The position numbers and the translations under genes were made by a program. From Tubiluchus corallicola (lineage: Eukaryota > Animalia > Priapulida): 64,000 nt of DNA. The notes beneath the pieces are model-generated. The model searched no databases, had not been told where the DNA came from, and saw only the letters and a program-made list of their open reading frames with translations. Below, in pieces: positions 1 through 13,695 of this stretch. Each line of letters begins with the position of its first letter. Position 1 is the stretch's first letter. Location: positions 124,001-188,000 of the forward strand of contig JAQGDQ010000195.1 of assembly GCA_030141605.1 (NCBI GenBank), in the 5' to 3' direction.

Positions 1-1549
1 AATGAGACCGGAGAAAAACAAAAAGAAAAGAAAGAAAACATAAAGTGAAAGACTAAACCTTAAAGTAGGTATAAATAAACATTTATTTTATGTCGATTTT
101 AAAAAGACATAATTACAAACTGCAAATGCTTACGTCACCGAGTACCTTACCCATCTATCAGTAGTCTTTCTTCTTTAAAGGAAAACCGGACGATTGTGTA
201 AACACGAGTTTAGAATAAAGAATGCTCAAAACTACAATAGCCTTTTTAGAATCAAAGCTTAGATTAAATAATAATTACCATGGATACTCAAATTCTGTTA
301 AACTTTTAAAGCTACGGGCGGCTCAGTGAATCTACTAAGATAGGCAACGGCGCCTTTTTGTCCCATTCGCGTGGCCGACAAATAGAAGGCGGCACCGTGA
401 TAAGCATGATCATGAACTGCGGTGTTAGTTTCTGACGTCATATGACGTAGAGCCCATTTTCGTGACATCACGCATTTAAGCAGTAACACGTACGGAAACG
501 TGCTTGACTCGCAGGGGAAGATGCCTATTGTTGCAAAAACTGTGGTTAGTTTCTGACGTAAGCAATAGATGTGTTCGGTTGCCGCTAATTAACTCTCTAA
601 GGGCTAATTATTCGAATATAAGAAACAACTGCTAACTTTTTAGGTAAGAAAACGCATGTTTTGGATAGTAAATTAGAATGAGATTGAGCATAAACAATCA
701 TCCGGTTTTCCATTAAATTAATTATTTGAAATAATACAAAAATCAACCCGGGTTGTGTGACAACTGGCTAGTGGGCTGCAATCGCAGACGTCAAATCGAA
801 GGCAATGACATGATGTTAAACATTTCCGTTTTTATAGTGACGTAACTCTCTATTACGCCACTTCGCAAACAACACAAGACAAACGTATAAAAACAAGGGC
901 CATAAATTACATCCTCTCACAGGGAAAGACGGGCATTTCTCAATAATTATAATTCATGGCGTATAAAAAGAGCCTGTCCACAAAAAAGTTGCACGCACGC
1001 AATACAGAAAGTAAACGCAATCTTGACGTTTGCCAGACGCTGTTACGACTTTATCTCAAGATCGCCTGTCTTGCCAATTCATTAGCCTGCTATACGTAAC
1101 GCCTTTAGGGTGTCAGTTTTGCTTGCTGGTGTAATTAATTAATAATGTACAAGTGATCTTTAAGATTAGGCGAGAGAGATTGTAAGCTAATTTTCTGATT
1201 AAGGTGAGAATAATTACATAAGCTGGTAAAATGTCAGACCTGACAGCACTACGGTTTTTCATCACCTTAATCAGCTAAATTGGAAACTTGTGCACCTTGA
1301 GTTTAAACTTACAACATTTTTGTTAAAGAAAAAGAAGCTTGAATTAAGGCGAACATTTGGAATGGTTTTATTTAAAAAATAAAATAGATTGGGTCGAAAG
1401 CAGAAGTACGACTCCATTAGAAATTAGTTTAACTCATGCAAACGCAGGTGCGAAAACCTAATTTTGCTCATTAAAAAGCACTGCTACTTCACCTAGTCAG
1501 TTTCATTCGAGTAATGAAAGCAATTTAAACGAAATCGTCGTCAGCTAAA

Positions 1550-2252
1550 CACAACTGAAATGTGTTCCATTTCAACTGAAAAGGACGGTGTGTTCCATCT
1601 GTATTGAAAAGGATTGTGTTTTCCATCTGTATTGAAAAAGACTGTGTGTTCCATTTCAACTGAAAAGGACTGTGTGTTCCAACTGAATTGAAAATGGCTA
1701 TGTGTTCCGTCTGTATTGAAAAGGACTGTGTGTTCCATCTGAACTGAAAAGGACTGTGTGTTCCATCTGAATTGAAAAGGACTGTGTGTTCCATCTGTAT
1801 TGAAAAGGACTGTGTGTTCCATCTGAATTGAAACTGACTGTGTGTTCCATCTGAATTAGAAAAGACTGTGTGTTCCATCTGTGTTGAAAAGGACTGTGTT
1901 CCATCTGAATTAAAAAAGACTGTGTGTTCCATCTGTATTGAAAAGGACTGTGTGTTCCATCTGAATTGAAAATGACTGTGTGTTCCATCTGAATTAAAAA
2001 AGACTGTGTGTTCCATCTGAATTGAAAAGGACTGTGTGTTCCATCTGAATTAAAAAAGACTGTGTGTTCCATCTGAATTGAAATAGACTGTGTGTTCCAT
2101 CTGAATTGAAATAGACTGTGTGTTCCATCTGTATTGAAAAGGGCTGTGTGTTCCATCTGAATTGAAAATGACTGTGTGTTCCATCTGAATTAAAAACGAC
2201 TGTGTGTTCCATCTGAATTGGAAAGGACTGTGTGTTCCATCTGAATTGAAAT
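1550..2252. repeat. 28-bp minisatellite (~25 copies, ACTGTGTGTTCCATCTGAATTGAAAAGG)
   Basis: Directly visible head-to-tail units; explains the repetitive minus-strand ORFs. Confidence 0.97.
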
Positions 2253-2349
2253 GGGGGGGAGGGGCAAAGAAGCCGTGCTCCCTTTGGCACTCGCGTAGTT
2301 ATTTCACAGAACTGTTTAATAAATAATATTTCTACCCATTTACCACCTG

Positions 2350-3210
2350 TGTCAGTTTCAATTACCTGACTTTAGAATCCTAAAAAAGAGTGGAGAAAAC
2401 TGGCCTTTAACCATAAACGACCGACCAAGAGCATGGAGTAACAAGAAAATTATTGACTATTATTCTGAACTGAATAACTCTTGCTGCCCTTTTAGTTTTA
2501 CCTCTTATCAAACGCATTTCTTTATCAAATACACGAAAGAAGCAGCCTCTAGGAATCAACATGTTGTTTATTAACGCAGACGAGGGGGTGATGTGGACAG
2601 CTTCGACTCTGTGTTTAACATTTTGCATAAGGCAGCAAATATTCAGGACGGCAGCATAGCAGAGGCCTTACACATTATGAAGCACTGCCAAATTCTCGAT
2701 ACCCAATTATCATCGGTAGCACCATGCCGCACTCTGTCGATTTCTGTGTTCTAAATTAACTTGACTTTTGATTAGGTCCTGTGGTGGTCCATGTGAATTA
2801 CTGAGTTTCTATATTGTTTGGAGAGTTTTAGATTTCTCATAGTGTGTTCCCTCATGTGGTTGTGGATAATGCAAACTTTGTAAAACATGTATTATTATTA
2901 CAGTGGTTTGTTTTCTCAGCATGTGGACTTTGCTTGGTGTTAAACTAATTGTTTCCTGGTTGTTGTGATCTCCACGTCATTCTGATATAGAAGGTACTAC
3001 TTTTATGTTTTCTTTACAGTTTTCTTTATATGAGAACCTCTTTCTAAGTTATTTCTAGTTGTACTCTGACATTCTGAATTTCACTCTTGTGATAATGATG
3101 TAACTTATTTTATGCCTTAGTTAGTAGTGTTTATAATTGCACTAATTATTTGTTGTAGCATTGAAATTAACAGTTGCTGTCGAAACGATCGTCTGCGCTA
3201 ATAAACAACA
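2350..3210 (+). mobile_element. Degenerate Penelope-like retroelement 3' end (GIY-YIG endonuclease tail + pseudo-LTR)
   Basis: Frame ending at TAA 2752-54 reads FNILHKAANIQDGSIAEALHIMKHCQILDTQ...SVF*, matching the Penelope EN tail F.IL...EAL.I....P.LN.Q. A T-rich UTR, hammerhead-like motif and AATAAA at ~3200 follow. Confidence 0.65.
3157..3200 (+). ncRNA. Degenerate minimal type-I hammerhead ribozyme-like motif
   Basis: gca-TTGAAATTA-acag-ttg-ctgt-c-GAAAC-gatc-GTC-tgc: stem I gca/tgc, stem II acag/ctgt, intact GAAA, palindromic stem III and GUC cleavage triplet. The CUGANGA box is mutated. Confidence 0.5.
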
Positions 3211-4701
3211 TGTCATTTTTTTTATCATTTTTCCTTCTCCGCATACTCCTTCTCCTTTTAGTGCTTCTATATCCATGCACTTCGATGCTGCCAATATGGT
3301 CTACAGCTTATTTAAGAATCCCACACGATTAGTGTTATTCGTATGAAATTTACACGTCATGTAGCCAATCTTCGGTACCGATTTCAATATTTTCTCAAAT
3401 CAATTGCTAAATTCAATTTCCATTCACTTAAACACTGAGAAGCAGCACTGCTTGAAAAGTGCTCTAAGTTTGAGAAAAACGCAAATGCTATCTGCCTACG
3501 TGCTTATTCTCGTAGTCCTGTACAGCATTTGCACGCTTTTAGAAATAAAATATTTTCCAATTCAGTAAATTCTGAATTTTTTAATTATTAGAAACCAAGC
3601 ATCTGAAACTTGCATATTAAATTTATAAACTAATCGCAGAAGTCGACTGGAGTAACAGTTATCTATGTGAATATTTTCATTTGCTTTTAGTGTTTCAGCT
3701 GCAGTTAGATACTAATATTTTGGCTTTTGCCGCCTCCAATTTATTATGATGCCACAATTTATGACTATAATAATTATTACGGGTGTTAAGGTCAGTTTCT
3801 GGCCTTATCATGTAGGTGGAGCACCTAAGTGAACTTACCTGTAATTTTACCGGTGAAGTTGGAAATTAGGTTGTGCCTCGCTAAACACACTCACAGAAGC
3901 CTCAGCAAACGTTAAATAATGTTTGATAAATGTTCAAGTATAGCGTCTCTACCTGATTTAGTGTAAACCAGTATGACGTTCCAACGAACTATTAAGTTGT
4001 TATAGCCGCACGATGTGAGTAATATTTACTTTATTATCTTAAATTATAATAATTAGATTATTATACATTTGTAAGCAGTGAAAAGCAGTCAAATTTATTA
4101 TTTTCATTTTTTTGTATATACAGAAATAAAGATTTCTGAGAACACCATATGCTATGATGGAAATTCTTTTGTGTTCCCGTCACAATGGGCTTAATGCAGG
4201 TAAGCTTTCTAAAGACTGCTACTGGCTTCACATACATAAAGCTCTATAACCTATATCCGCTTAAGAATTTGAACAGTAAACGCTTCTATAACAGGTGTTA
4301 ATTACTATGCTGACGCGCCTATCCGTGCCAACTATATCAAGAACAGGTATAATAGTTCAATGTAATTGGTTGTTATGGGGCGTTTAGAGTTGTGCAACAC
4401 AGACGAATAACCATTCTCTGGCTTACCCTCTACTATGTATTTAAATGGAAATTCGTTTTAGTATACGATTAGCGTTAGTATAATGAGCCTAATAATAGAC
4501 TTTATTGGTAATTAATGCAATACGTTGCAGTATAAATTAAAAATTCCACGATAATATGATGCACTGTGGAACGAAATGCGTATATTACACATTTTTATTA
4601 TCAAAAAGTTATATTGACTTTCCATGTTTCCTTCTCTTTTTCCAAAAAAAGAGAACCTATATTAAGTTGCACCCTTAATTTTTATTTTGGCCTTAAGGTT
4701 A

Positions 4702-4931
<230 letters not shown>

Positions 4932-5695
4932 ATTTATACATAATTAGGTAACTTGCTTGCAAATAAGTCTATAGAGTCGTTCATTTTTCTCAGCCAACAT
5001 GAACTCTAGATGTTATTTTTGTTCATGTAATACAAAACTTTGCCATTTACTAACTGTGAGACAAACACATTATCTTGATCATATTATACACAATTCGTCT
5101 GTAGTATATATTGAGGGGGCAACATATTCTAAGACAAAAATGTTTGCCCTAAAGACAGGTAAACACTAAACAGAGGTGTAACATGCAATACTAACTTATT
5201 ACCATACAACGTGTTGACAAGACAGCATGGTCTAAGTGATTGTCATGGTCATGTCAGAGGACGTGTGACTCCAGAAATGAAATGAATATAACACCATAAT
5301 TTCGTCTCTGTCAGTGTTTACGTCGTCTTGATCGTCCATTCATAGGACATTCGTTTTTCCAAAAAATTATTTCCGTCCGAAGCATGACCGATTTTTCGAC
5401 AGTTAAAGCACAAGAAAACCGTCCACTTATATCGACCTTAAAAATTCGTCCTGAAAATTTATACCAATTACATATTGACTTTTTGCATACAGGACTTGCG
5501 TCGGTAGTAAAGCTGTATAAAATAACGCCGTATACTTATAATAAACTCCCGCGATGACCGTTAGACGCAGCCATTTTGACGATAAATCATTTGTTTAGAT
5601 AACACTGAGCAAAGTTTGAAAAAATAATCAGAGCATTCGTAGCACTCACGTCATTGGCTAAGTAAAATTTTAAATTACTGTATCTTGTCAATATG

Positions 5696-5696
<1 letters not shown>

Positions 5697-5728
<32 letters not shown>

Positions 5729-6750
5729 CTTTTATTTATCTTTTAACACACACAGTTACAATACAATTAATTTAGCAACAAAAATGTGAAGAAAGGGCAG
5801 CGAAAGACCAATTGGTCATCTAGTCAGCTGCCCTTTGGTTAGTGATGAACATTTTTTAAAGGCGCTGTGCTACAGTGTATTAGTGTTAGTACTGCTTATA
5901 ATAAAAATTAAATTGTTAGGAATGACATAAAATTGATAATGATATGCTTATAATGTGTTAGTACAATTCATACACAGTAATAATAAGTGCATAATAATAA
6001 TAATAAAAAAATCAAACTGAAGATAACTGAAATAAGGACTGAAACAAGAACTGAAATAAAAATCTGACATCAGGAACATAATAACAATGGCAACTGAAAT
6101 TTACTTTATAACGCAAGCATAATGTAAAAAAAATACAGAGCGATTTTTGATGATCTGATGTAAAATAAATTGGCAGATAGTTAGAGCACAAAAAATTACC
6201 TGTATGACTGCATGAGGAGATTGACAATTGGAGTCCAGACTTTGAAAATGATCTACAGAAGTTAGACAATAAACAATTAAATATGGAAGTTAATTGATCC
6301 TGCTATAACAGTAACTGCTCTTGCAAAAGGAATAAAAGTTGTTCAGTGATAAGTTTGCAAGAGTTGACATTTATATAATTTACTTAAGTGACAGATACTA
6401 GTTGATTGCTTAAGATCATCTGAAAGAGTATTCCATAGAACTGTACCATTATGTTTTAAAGTTTGTAAACCTTTTGTTGTGTTAAATCTTTCCTGAAAAT
6501 AGTTTTGTTTGGTAGCTGCTCTCGTAGAATACTGGTGAACGTCACTAATCTTTTTGAAATAATTGCCGTATAATTTAGGTAGAATGCCCTTTTTATAGTT
6601 GAACATGAATTTCGCTAACTCAAGCTTATAAATTTCATTAATTTTTAATAATTGCAAAGCATAATAGGAGGGGGTAGCATGATCTCGGAACCCAGCAAAA
6701 GTCATTGTTTTGATAATTTTGTTATGTGCTGCTGTAAGTGGTTTCAAAAC
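5697..6750 (-). mobile_element. 5'-truncated LINE (CR1/L2/Crack-like) with 3' UTR hairpin and (TTA)n tail
   Basis: ORF 6343-6747 has the RT C-terminal pattern (L+I..+YKL.L..FM..Y...LP....YF.....H.Y.TR; G..LWN.L). Stem-loop aagggcagc...gctgccctt at ~5792-5834; AATAAA then TTA repeat on minus strand. Confidence 0.85.
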
Positions 6751-7349
6751 AGATTTTTGAATGCGTTTTTGAAACAGAATTAAAAATGCGTTTCCTGGCT
6801 AGTGAGTGGTGGTGCACCCTGGAGGTAAGTCAACGACATTTTACCAATTGATGAAAACATTTTAAATAAGCAACAATTAAATAAGCAGTAATGTAACTTT
6901 GCATGGAAAGTTTTTTGGGACATAGTTTAACATTTCCTGTTCTTTCCGTGATTTACGTTGTGCGTATATGACGTTATGTGATGGCGCGGTCGGAACAGTA
7001 TTGTGGCGGAATTAAAATGAAAACAATCAAAAATCCTTCCACGCGTAACGCATAAAATTGCTATAAAGTAATCTAACTTTTTGTGGCAAATTTTCCGAAA
7101 TCTACTCCAGGTACCCCTTTTCTTGTCCTTTAAATCTTGTCTTGTTTCAATAGGAAAAATTCTTTGGGCACATGACATCGACACTGGTACAATGCCCACT
7201 ATGCCTTCTAATTACATGCAGATGCCTTTAGTGGTTTGGTATTGAATTTCAAAGGACAAAGCTAACTAGGCAACGATTTAGAACGAGAGAGGAAGAAAGA
7301 GAGTGAGAAGAAGGAAGTCAGGAGGCAGAAGAAAAAGAGGGGGGTGAAG

Positions 7350-7357
7350 AAAGAGAC

Positions 7358-7401
<44 letters not shown>

Positions 7402-7412
7402 AGAGAGAGGGG
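7350..7412. repeat. (GA)n microsatellite / purine tract
   Basis: Directly visible. Confidence 0.9.
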
Positions 7413-7831
7413 AAAGAAAGATAGACAGCGAGAGAATGAAGGAATAAAGAATAGTTGCAGCTTGACCGAAATGAGCCTGCGAGTGTACCGAGTAGCGATC
7501 TAGAAGTCAATGTGAAGTCGTGGGCCGCCGAGTCTTGCTAGTTATTTTTAGGAGCCATAGCTCAGTTTTTATAGGAGCAAGAAAGCTAGAATGTGGCGGT
7601 TAGGATGCTTTGACACCACTTTTCATGTTAACGGTAAACAGTGTTATAAGCGGCAAATGCTGCCTGTTGAACAGAAAAGAACCATACAAGACAGCAACCC
7701 CATGCTTCGCATTCCGAACTAGTTACTACAATAATTTTCTGAAATGGCATGCCGATTAGAATAAATTGTATGTAAGTCTAGGAATACGCCATTGTACATT
7801 TGTTTCGTTGGCTCTTCTAAAGCATTTGATA

Positions 7832-8063
7832 GGGTGAACTGTTCAGACGTAGAGACTTCTCTCGCAACTTGTTTGCCAACATCTTTCTAGTAAAGTTGCA
7901 CGTGTGAACGGTTTGGCAACTTCTCTAGCAAATTGTTACGCAACTTCTCTCTGCGAATAAAGACGCACGTGTGAAAGGCCTCGCTACTGCTCTCGCAAGA
8001 TAACTCTCAGCAACTCTTGCACAGTTTGCAATAAGTTACGAACGTTACATCTGAACGCGCCTT
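7832..8063. mobile_element. PIF/Harbinger-type MITE
   Basis: Imperfect TIRs gttcagacgta / tacatctgaac, TAA at right flank, internal repeats gcacgtgtgaa and gcaacttctct. Confidence 0.5.
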
Positions 8064-10591
8064 TAAAATTAATGTTGAAACAAAATGGCAAAAAAATTAT
8101 CATCAGACGGTCTCTGTGTTCAGTGGGGTAAACTTACTTGAGATAATTTGCATGTTGTTAACACTGTAAGACAGTGAAGACCAATGCAAGAAAAATTCTC
8201 CATCAAAAATTTAGCCATCAAATTTTTACTAAAAATTTGTTATATTTTTCCTGCCTTGACTTACTTGTTCAAAATGAGCAAACACAAACGTGAAATGATC
8301 GCGCATTAAAGTGATTTTGCTAATTAACCAAAGTGTTACTCTGTAAATAATTTTCACTTTCTGCGAGTATATTGTATTTTTATATATGAATTAATATATT
8401 TACTATAATATAATTTGCATGCACAATTAGTCCAATGAAAACATAAGATCATAAATGTAACAATAACTAGACTTTATTTACATTCAGTCAGTTAAAATGG
8501 TTAGTAACATTGATATTACTTCTTCGTATGTAAAGCCGGGAATGAGAAATTCATTACGAGCAGTCCAATATGATTGTGAAGGATTTTAGGTTATTTTATT
8601 ACTTCAGTAATTCTCATTCTGTAAACAGCACGTCCCTATACTGTCCTTTAACTGCATTCATGTATGTATGTCTTGACTTGGCTTCTTTCTGTCATGCTCT
8701 ACCGACAGAGCTAGTTTATCTGGCTAGTTGGCAGTCTGTTCTTGACTAAGAGAGTTGTTGTTGTTGTTTTGTCTCAGTTAAACCATTTATTTGTCAAGAG
8801 TAGTAAAGCCATGATGTAAGTTTATTTTGATTATTCAGTCTCACTTTATTATTAGTTTCTTTTGCTTCCCTTTTTGGCTCAAATTAGTTTGTTATATTTT
8901 GTTATGATTTTTCTTACAGATAAAACGTAATAAAGCTACTCAAACATAATTTTTTTGACTTTGGGCATCATGAAGTAGTAGTCTCTCACAATGATACGTA
9001 AGAAACAATGTCAGGATCACCACAACGTATAAATTAAATTAAATTAAAAAGTGTCGCATTTTATGCTGAAACTTCTAACAATTTTTTCAAGGATTGCAGT
9101 AAGCATCATATCCTCCCGAGATTGTTAACTTTTCCTTTAACTCGAAGTAAGTTTTAATCGGCGTTTGCAATTATCTCAGCAATTAATATCACTGCGCGCA
9201 AGCCTATTAGCAAGCAACTAGAAAGAAACGGTTTCTTAATTCCAATATTTAACCAAGATTTAATGTAATTATTAGCAACATCAGTATTACGACTCTTTCG
9301 CTTAAATCAGCCTAATAAATCCACATATAAGCGCATCAGCGTACGTGCTGTTTAGCGTTCATGACGTAATTAACTAATGTCGTCCATTAAGTACCTGGCA
9401 AATTAGTTTTGACCAGGTAAAAACCACTCAGCGAACATTGACTTTGCAAGTTTGATTAAATCAATTTCTTTTTTACCTTCTTTTAATTAATTAGTGGTTT
9501 TGCCATTAAGCTGAGAAAGCTCATATTCATTTCAATGCATGGCTTCAAACGTTTAAGACCCGTTCCACACAGAACTGGACATAACCAGAGACATAATCCG
9601 AAGAAGAAGCCACCTCCTTATGAACATTACATTATGATTATTTACAATGACGATGAAATAAGAGTAATTAGTACACGTTTAGTAATAAAGGTTTACTGAT
9701 CGATTATAAGAGACCTACGTTTAGTAATAAAGGTTTACTGATTGATTATAAGAGACCTACGTTTTAGTAAAGAGAAAAGAAATTACAATATGACTAAATT
9801 ACGACATGATTACATTAAATGTATACGTTAAGTCTAATACAAAAAGACTTTAGACATACATATTATATTGTGCCCATGGTCATCTTCGATAATAAGCGAT
9901 TGTCAGCACTATGTGACTCCTGGCTAGCTAGGCATTTGGCACAGAAAAATTACTATATTATATAGATCTATGAAAGAAGCCTAATTCAGCTAATAATATG
10001 GCCAGTTGGGCACGATTCCATCTATACTATAGATTTGAATGACAATTACATGGGTAATTGATTACAATGCAAATTTAACACTACGTTTACATTCAAAAAT
10101 CAGTTTGTAAGGGCAGATCCATGCAAACAGGGTGAAAAACACTTTAACTCGAGATATGCCACACTGGCGTAGTTCTCGGCACCTGCTAATATCTGCTAAT
10201 AAGACATCCAAATAAAGGTGATTTGACATTTAGTGAATCCCACGACTTTTTAAAAAGCCCTCAAACATACCATCGCTATTAACGATTTACTGAAGTCGTT
10301 GGGTTTTCTCCAAAAGTTCGCAGGATTCTCGAAAATTTTTGTTTTTTAAAAATGCACTTCTGATCAAAGTGGCATTGGCAAACTAAATCAACCAAAAAAT
10401 TCATTGATTAGGTATGGTCACTTCATTAAACCTTTTTGTTCTTCGCAGAAGAAGCAAGAAAGGATTCGGTCACATCAAAGCCATCTCTATTTGTCTCCGT
10501 GTCTGTCTGTCCCTCTGTCTATTTGCCTGTCGGCCAGTTAGTCAGTCTGTTGGTTAGTCAGCCAATCAGTAAGTTATTCAGTCAGTCAATC

Positions 10592-10592
10592 C

Positions 10593-10647
<55 letters not shown>

Positions 10648-10727
10648 CGTCCGTCCGTCCGTCCGTCCGTCCGTCCGTCCGTCCGTCCGTCCGTCCGTCC
10701 GTCCTACCTGCCTGCTTGCCTGTCTGT
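10592..10727. repeat. Tetranucleotide microsatellite (GTCT)n-(GTCC)n
   Basis: Directly visible. Confidence 0.97.
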
Positions 10728-11399
10728 AACTCAGTAAAATTTAACTGAGCGTCCAACGCTGCAATTTGCTTAAAATTAACCGCTTTTCTACTTTCCTAAA
10801 AGTATTTACCTAACTAGGCGGTAATTTACTAGTCTATTAATTGCTCAAAATGTTGCGTAAACGAGCCAAGTGCCAAAAATATGAGAGAGTTATCGATTTC
10901 GTGGTAGGCCTAATTAATGTCAGCGTAAAGAGTTCATTATCAAATACCCGCTATAGTAATTAAACTGTGCTAGTTTTGCCAGTAATTGGCAGAGGCGCAA
11001 GATTTATGAATTAACTCCGTGAAGAGTTCACACAAGTATTAGGCAGGCATTAAGTCATCAAGCGCACCCTATGCACTGGAAATTGTTGTATAGTTTTTGA
11101 AAAAAAGCTGTCTAAGTGTGCAGAACTGTTTCCACCAGTTTCAGAAAAAAGTTTCCCCACTGTATTTGGCTCAAGTTGTTACAAAAACGCCTGTCAACCA
11201 AAATTGCAGCAGGGCTGGGGCATCTTTCCCGAATCTGTCCTTCCACAGTGAAGTAAACACTAAGCAGTCAGTATGTCGAATGAAACCATCCAGTGCAGTT
11301 ACACGTGATTTACACAAGAAAAAAGAACCGGGTCATTTATTGGGACTGTATTGAAAAAAGGGGATTGATTTTAAAACAGAAAATCTCCTTTCCAGTCGG

Positions 11400-11495
11400 T
11401 TTCGTTGCTCCAAGGATTTCGAACTCGTGCTAAATAATGGCCGACAACCTTCTGGACAGCGGTCAATGTTTAGTCATGACCAGCTACTAGACCAC
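11400..11495 (-). mobile_element. tRNA-derived SINE head / tRNA-like pseudogene
   Basis: Minus strand GTGGTCTAGT (A-box-like) ... GAGTTCGAAATCC (B-box-like); no intact cloverleaf. Confidence 0.45.
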
Positions 11496-11819
11496 ATTCG
11501 TCTGCTTAATATGCAGATCTGAACGTATGGAGAAAGATCCGTAAGTATCACAATGATAAAGTTATCAACACTGGTAAGTGCAGCACTTAGGGGGCCAGAG
11601 TTTGAGAGGCGTCACATTTTGGAAAAAATTCTTATGCTTCTCGAAAAATGTAAATAGTTTCATATGCATGAAAGGGCGCATTTTATAACACACAACAGGC
11701 AGTTAAAATTTTAATATATTACTCAAATTTAATGCTATTAAAACTTGTATAAAAAAGCGTGACTCTCATCCTGGTGTTCTTACGTGAATGTCATCGTGCT
11801 GTAAAATCACTCTTTTACT

Positions 11820-12525
11820 TTAAAGGGAAACCGCAGCTCAAAACAATCTAACTTGTGCGATATTGAAAGGGAAACATATTGGTTTTTTTGAAGAGTAACT
11901 TACGTGAGCGAATTATTACTACAGAAACCTAATTTCGTGTGGTTCGCGCGGCTAGTTTTTCGCTGTTACATGCATCTCACCAGTCACTGTTCGCTAGTTA
12001 GATGGACAATAGCGTCTACATCTCGGAAATGCGTCGCACAAAAAAACTGATGCTGTACATATGAGTTCAGATGTGTTCAGTTGTGATGTGGCGCACACGT
12101 TCGATGTTTGAGCACAGCGACAAACTTAAAATTTGAATTTTAAACTTAAAATTTGCCAAGTTTTATGTTTCACTGTGTACAGTAGCGCCATATTCCAGTT
12201 TTCACTTTCACAATGAAGTCACGCTTGAGTTTTCGAACGTGTTTACTACATCACAACTGAACACATCTGAACTTATATGTATCTGAATTAAGAGGCACAG
12301 TGATTGGTTTTTTGCTCAACCCTTTTCAGAAATGCAGTCGCTGGTTCCCATCTAACTAGCGAATGACGAAATGCGCATAACAGCGAAGACTTGCCACGCG
12401 AAGGCGAGTAATATAATTCCTGCCTGTAAGTAATTCTTGAAAAAAACAATACGTTTCCTTTCAATATTTTACAGGTTACGTTGTCTTGAGCTCTAGTTTG
12501 AGAAATGGCACCAATCTTCTTTTAG
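11820..12525. mobile_element. Kolobok-like non-autonomous DNA element, fold-back copy
   Basis: Starts TTAAAGGG. The arms (~300 bp) are inverted copies (gttcagatgtgttcagttgtgatg / catcacaactgaacacatctgaac; ctagttagatgg / ccatctaactag); homologous to four other copies in the window. Confidence 0.7.
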
Positions 12526-13045
12526 AATAATTTTGCAAAATGGACACCCGTTGAATCAACAACAAGTGAACGTTCGTGCAGAAAATACCTGCCTAAATTT
12601 TTCGTGAAACGATACAAACAGCTTTCGATCTTCCCTGACGCTCGACTCTCTAAATGTCTGCTTTAGAATTTATAGCCTGAGTACCCTAGACGTCCTACAT
12701 ACAGGACATAAATCTATCGAGGAGAAGAACAGCAAGACAAACACAGCACATCAGTCAGGTAAGCTGTCAAGAGACACGTGAAATGCATAACTTAGTGCAT
12801 GATTGCCTGAACACAGCCAACCACTATTACAAGAGATTAGTTTGAAACATCTCATTTAGCAAAATTCAAAACAACCTCATTCCATACAACTACACCACAC
12901 CAGGTGTCGCCAGAACAGATTTGACTAGAATTTACAATAGTAAAGATATTACTTTATTATATATATATATATATATACTTTAACCCTATATATGCTTTAA
13001 GCATGATAAATGTTCCAGTATATATATATATATTTCCCTGCAATG

Positions 13046-13695
13046 TGTTACAGGCAGAATAGGGTATTCTATATAATGCCTAGGCATTTTAGAGAGTGTC
13101 AGAACAAGAGAGTGTCTAAAATAAACACTTTTTCTAGGCATTATATATAATACAAAAGTTTGTCTAGGTAAAGTGTGTAATTCTTAGATTTTGATTATAC
13201 TTTGTACTTGTGTAAAGTTATAAACAAATTTAAAAATATTTTTTACTAAAACTGGCTTAACGAATACGTGCATAACGCTAAGAAAGAACATTGTTACACG
13301 AAGATATGTTCATGAAAAAATTGTTCGTAAGAACTTTAATGAATCCACCCTCATTCTTCCTACATATGGAAAGTGATCCATCTGATTGAGCAGCATGTCA
13401 GAGATTGTGATGCAGCGCCCACGGCCAACAAAACAACTCGTTCAGTAAATTACTCGAACTAGATAATATATAAAATATCTAAAAAAGTTCAATTCAACAC
13501 TAATTATGTTCGTTTTACATTTTGCCAAAGTCAATTTACGCATTTTATATAAATCCTAAGCTATTATACAAAACGTCTAGGCAAAGTGTGAAAAAGTTGC
13601 AATGAAAAAATTTAGTTCACACTTTTCCGCATAGATGTTATATAAAATCCTAGGAGTTTTATAAAATATCTAAATTTTACACATTGCCTGTAACA
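13046..13695. mobile_element. Unclassified MITE with TGTTACAGGCA terminal inverted repeats
   Basis: tgttacaggca (13046) / tgcctgtaaca (13685-95); subterminal ctaggca and ttatataa repeats. Confidence 0.65.

Noticed and set aside
1525-2290. Four repetitive minus-strand ORFs / CRISPR-like look of the 28-bp repeat
   Set aside because: Head-to-tail minisatellite with no unique spacers and no cas genes; the ORFs are translations of the repeat.
4124-4199. Exon-like segment with good splice sites (similar one at ~12704-12758)
   Set aside because: Stops in all three frames and no partner exons recognisable; could be lncRNA but unsupported.
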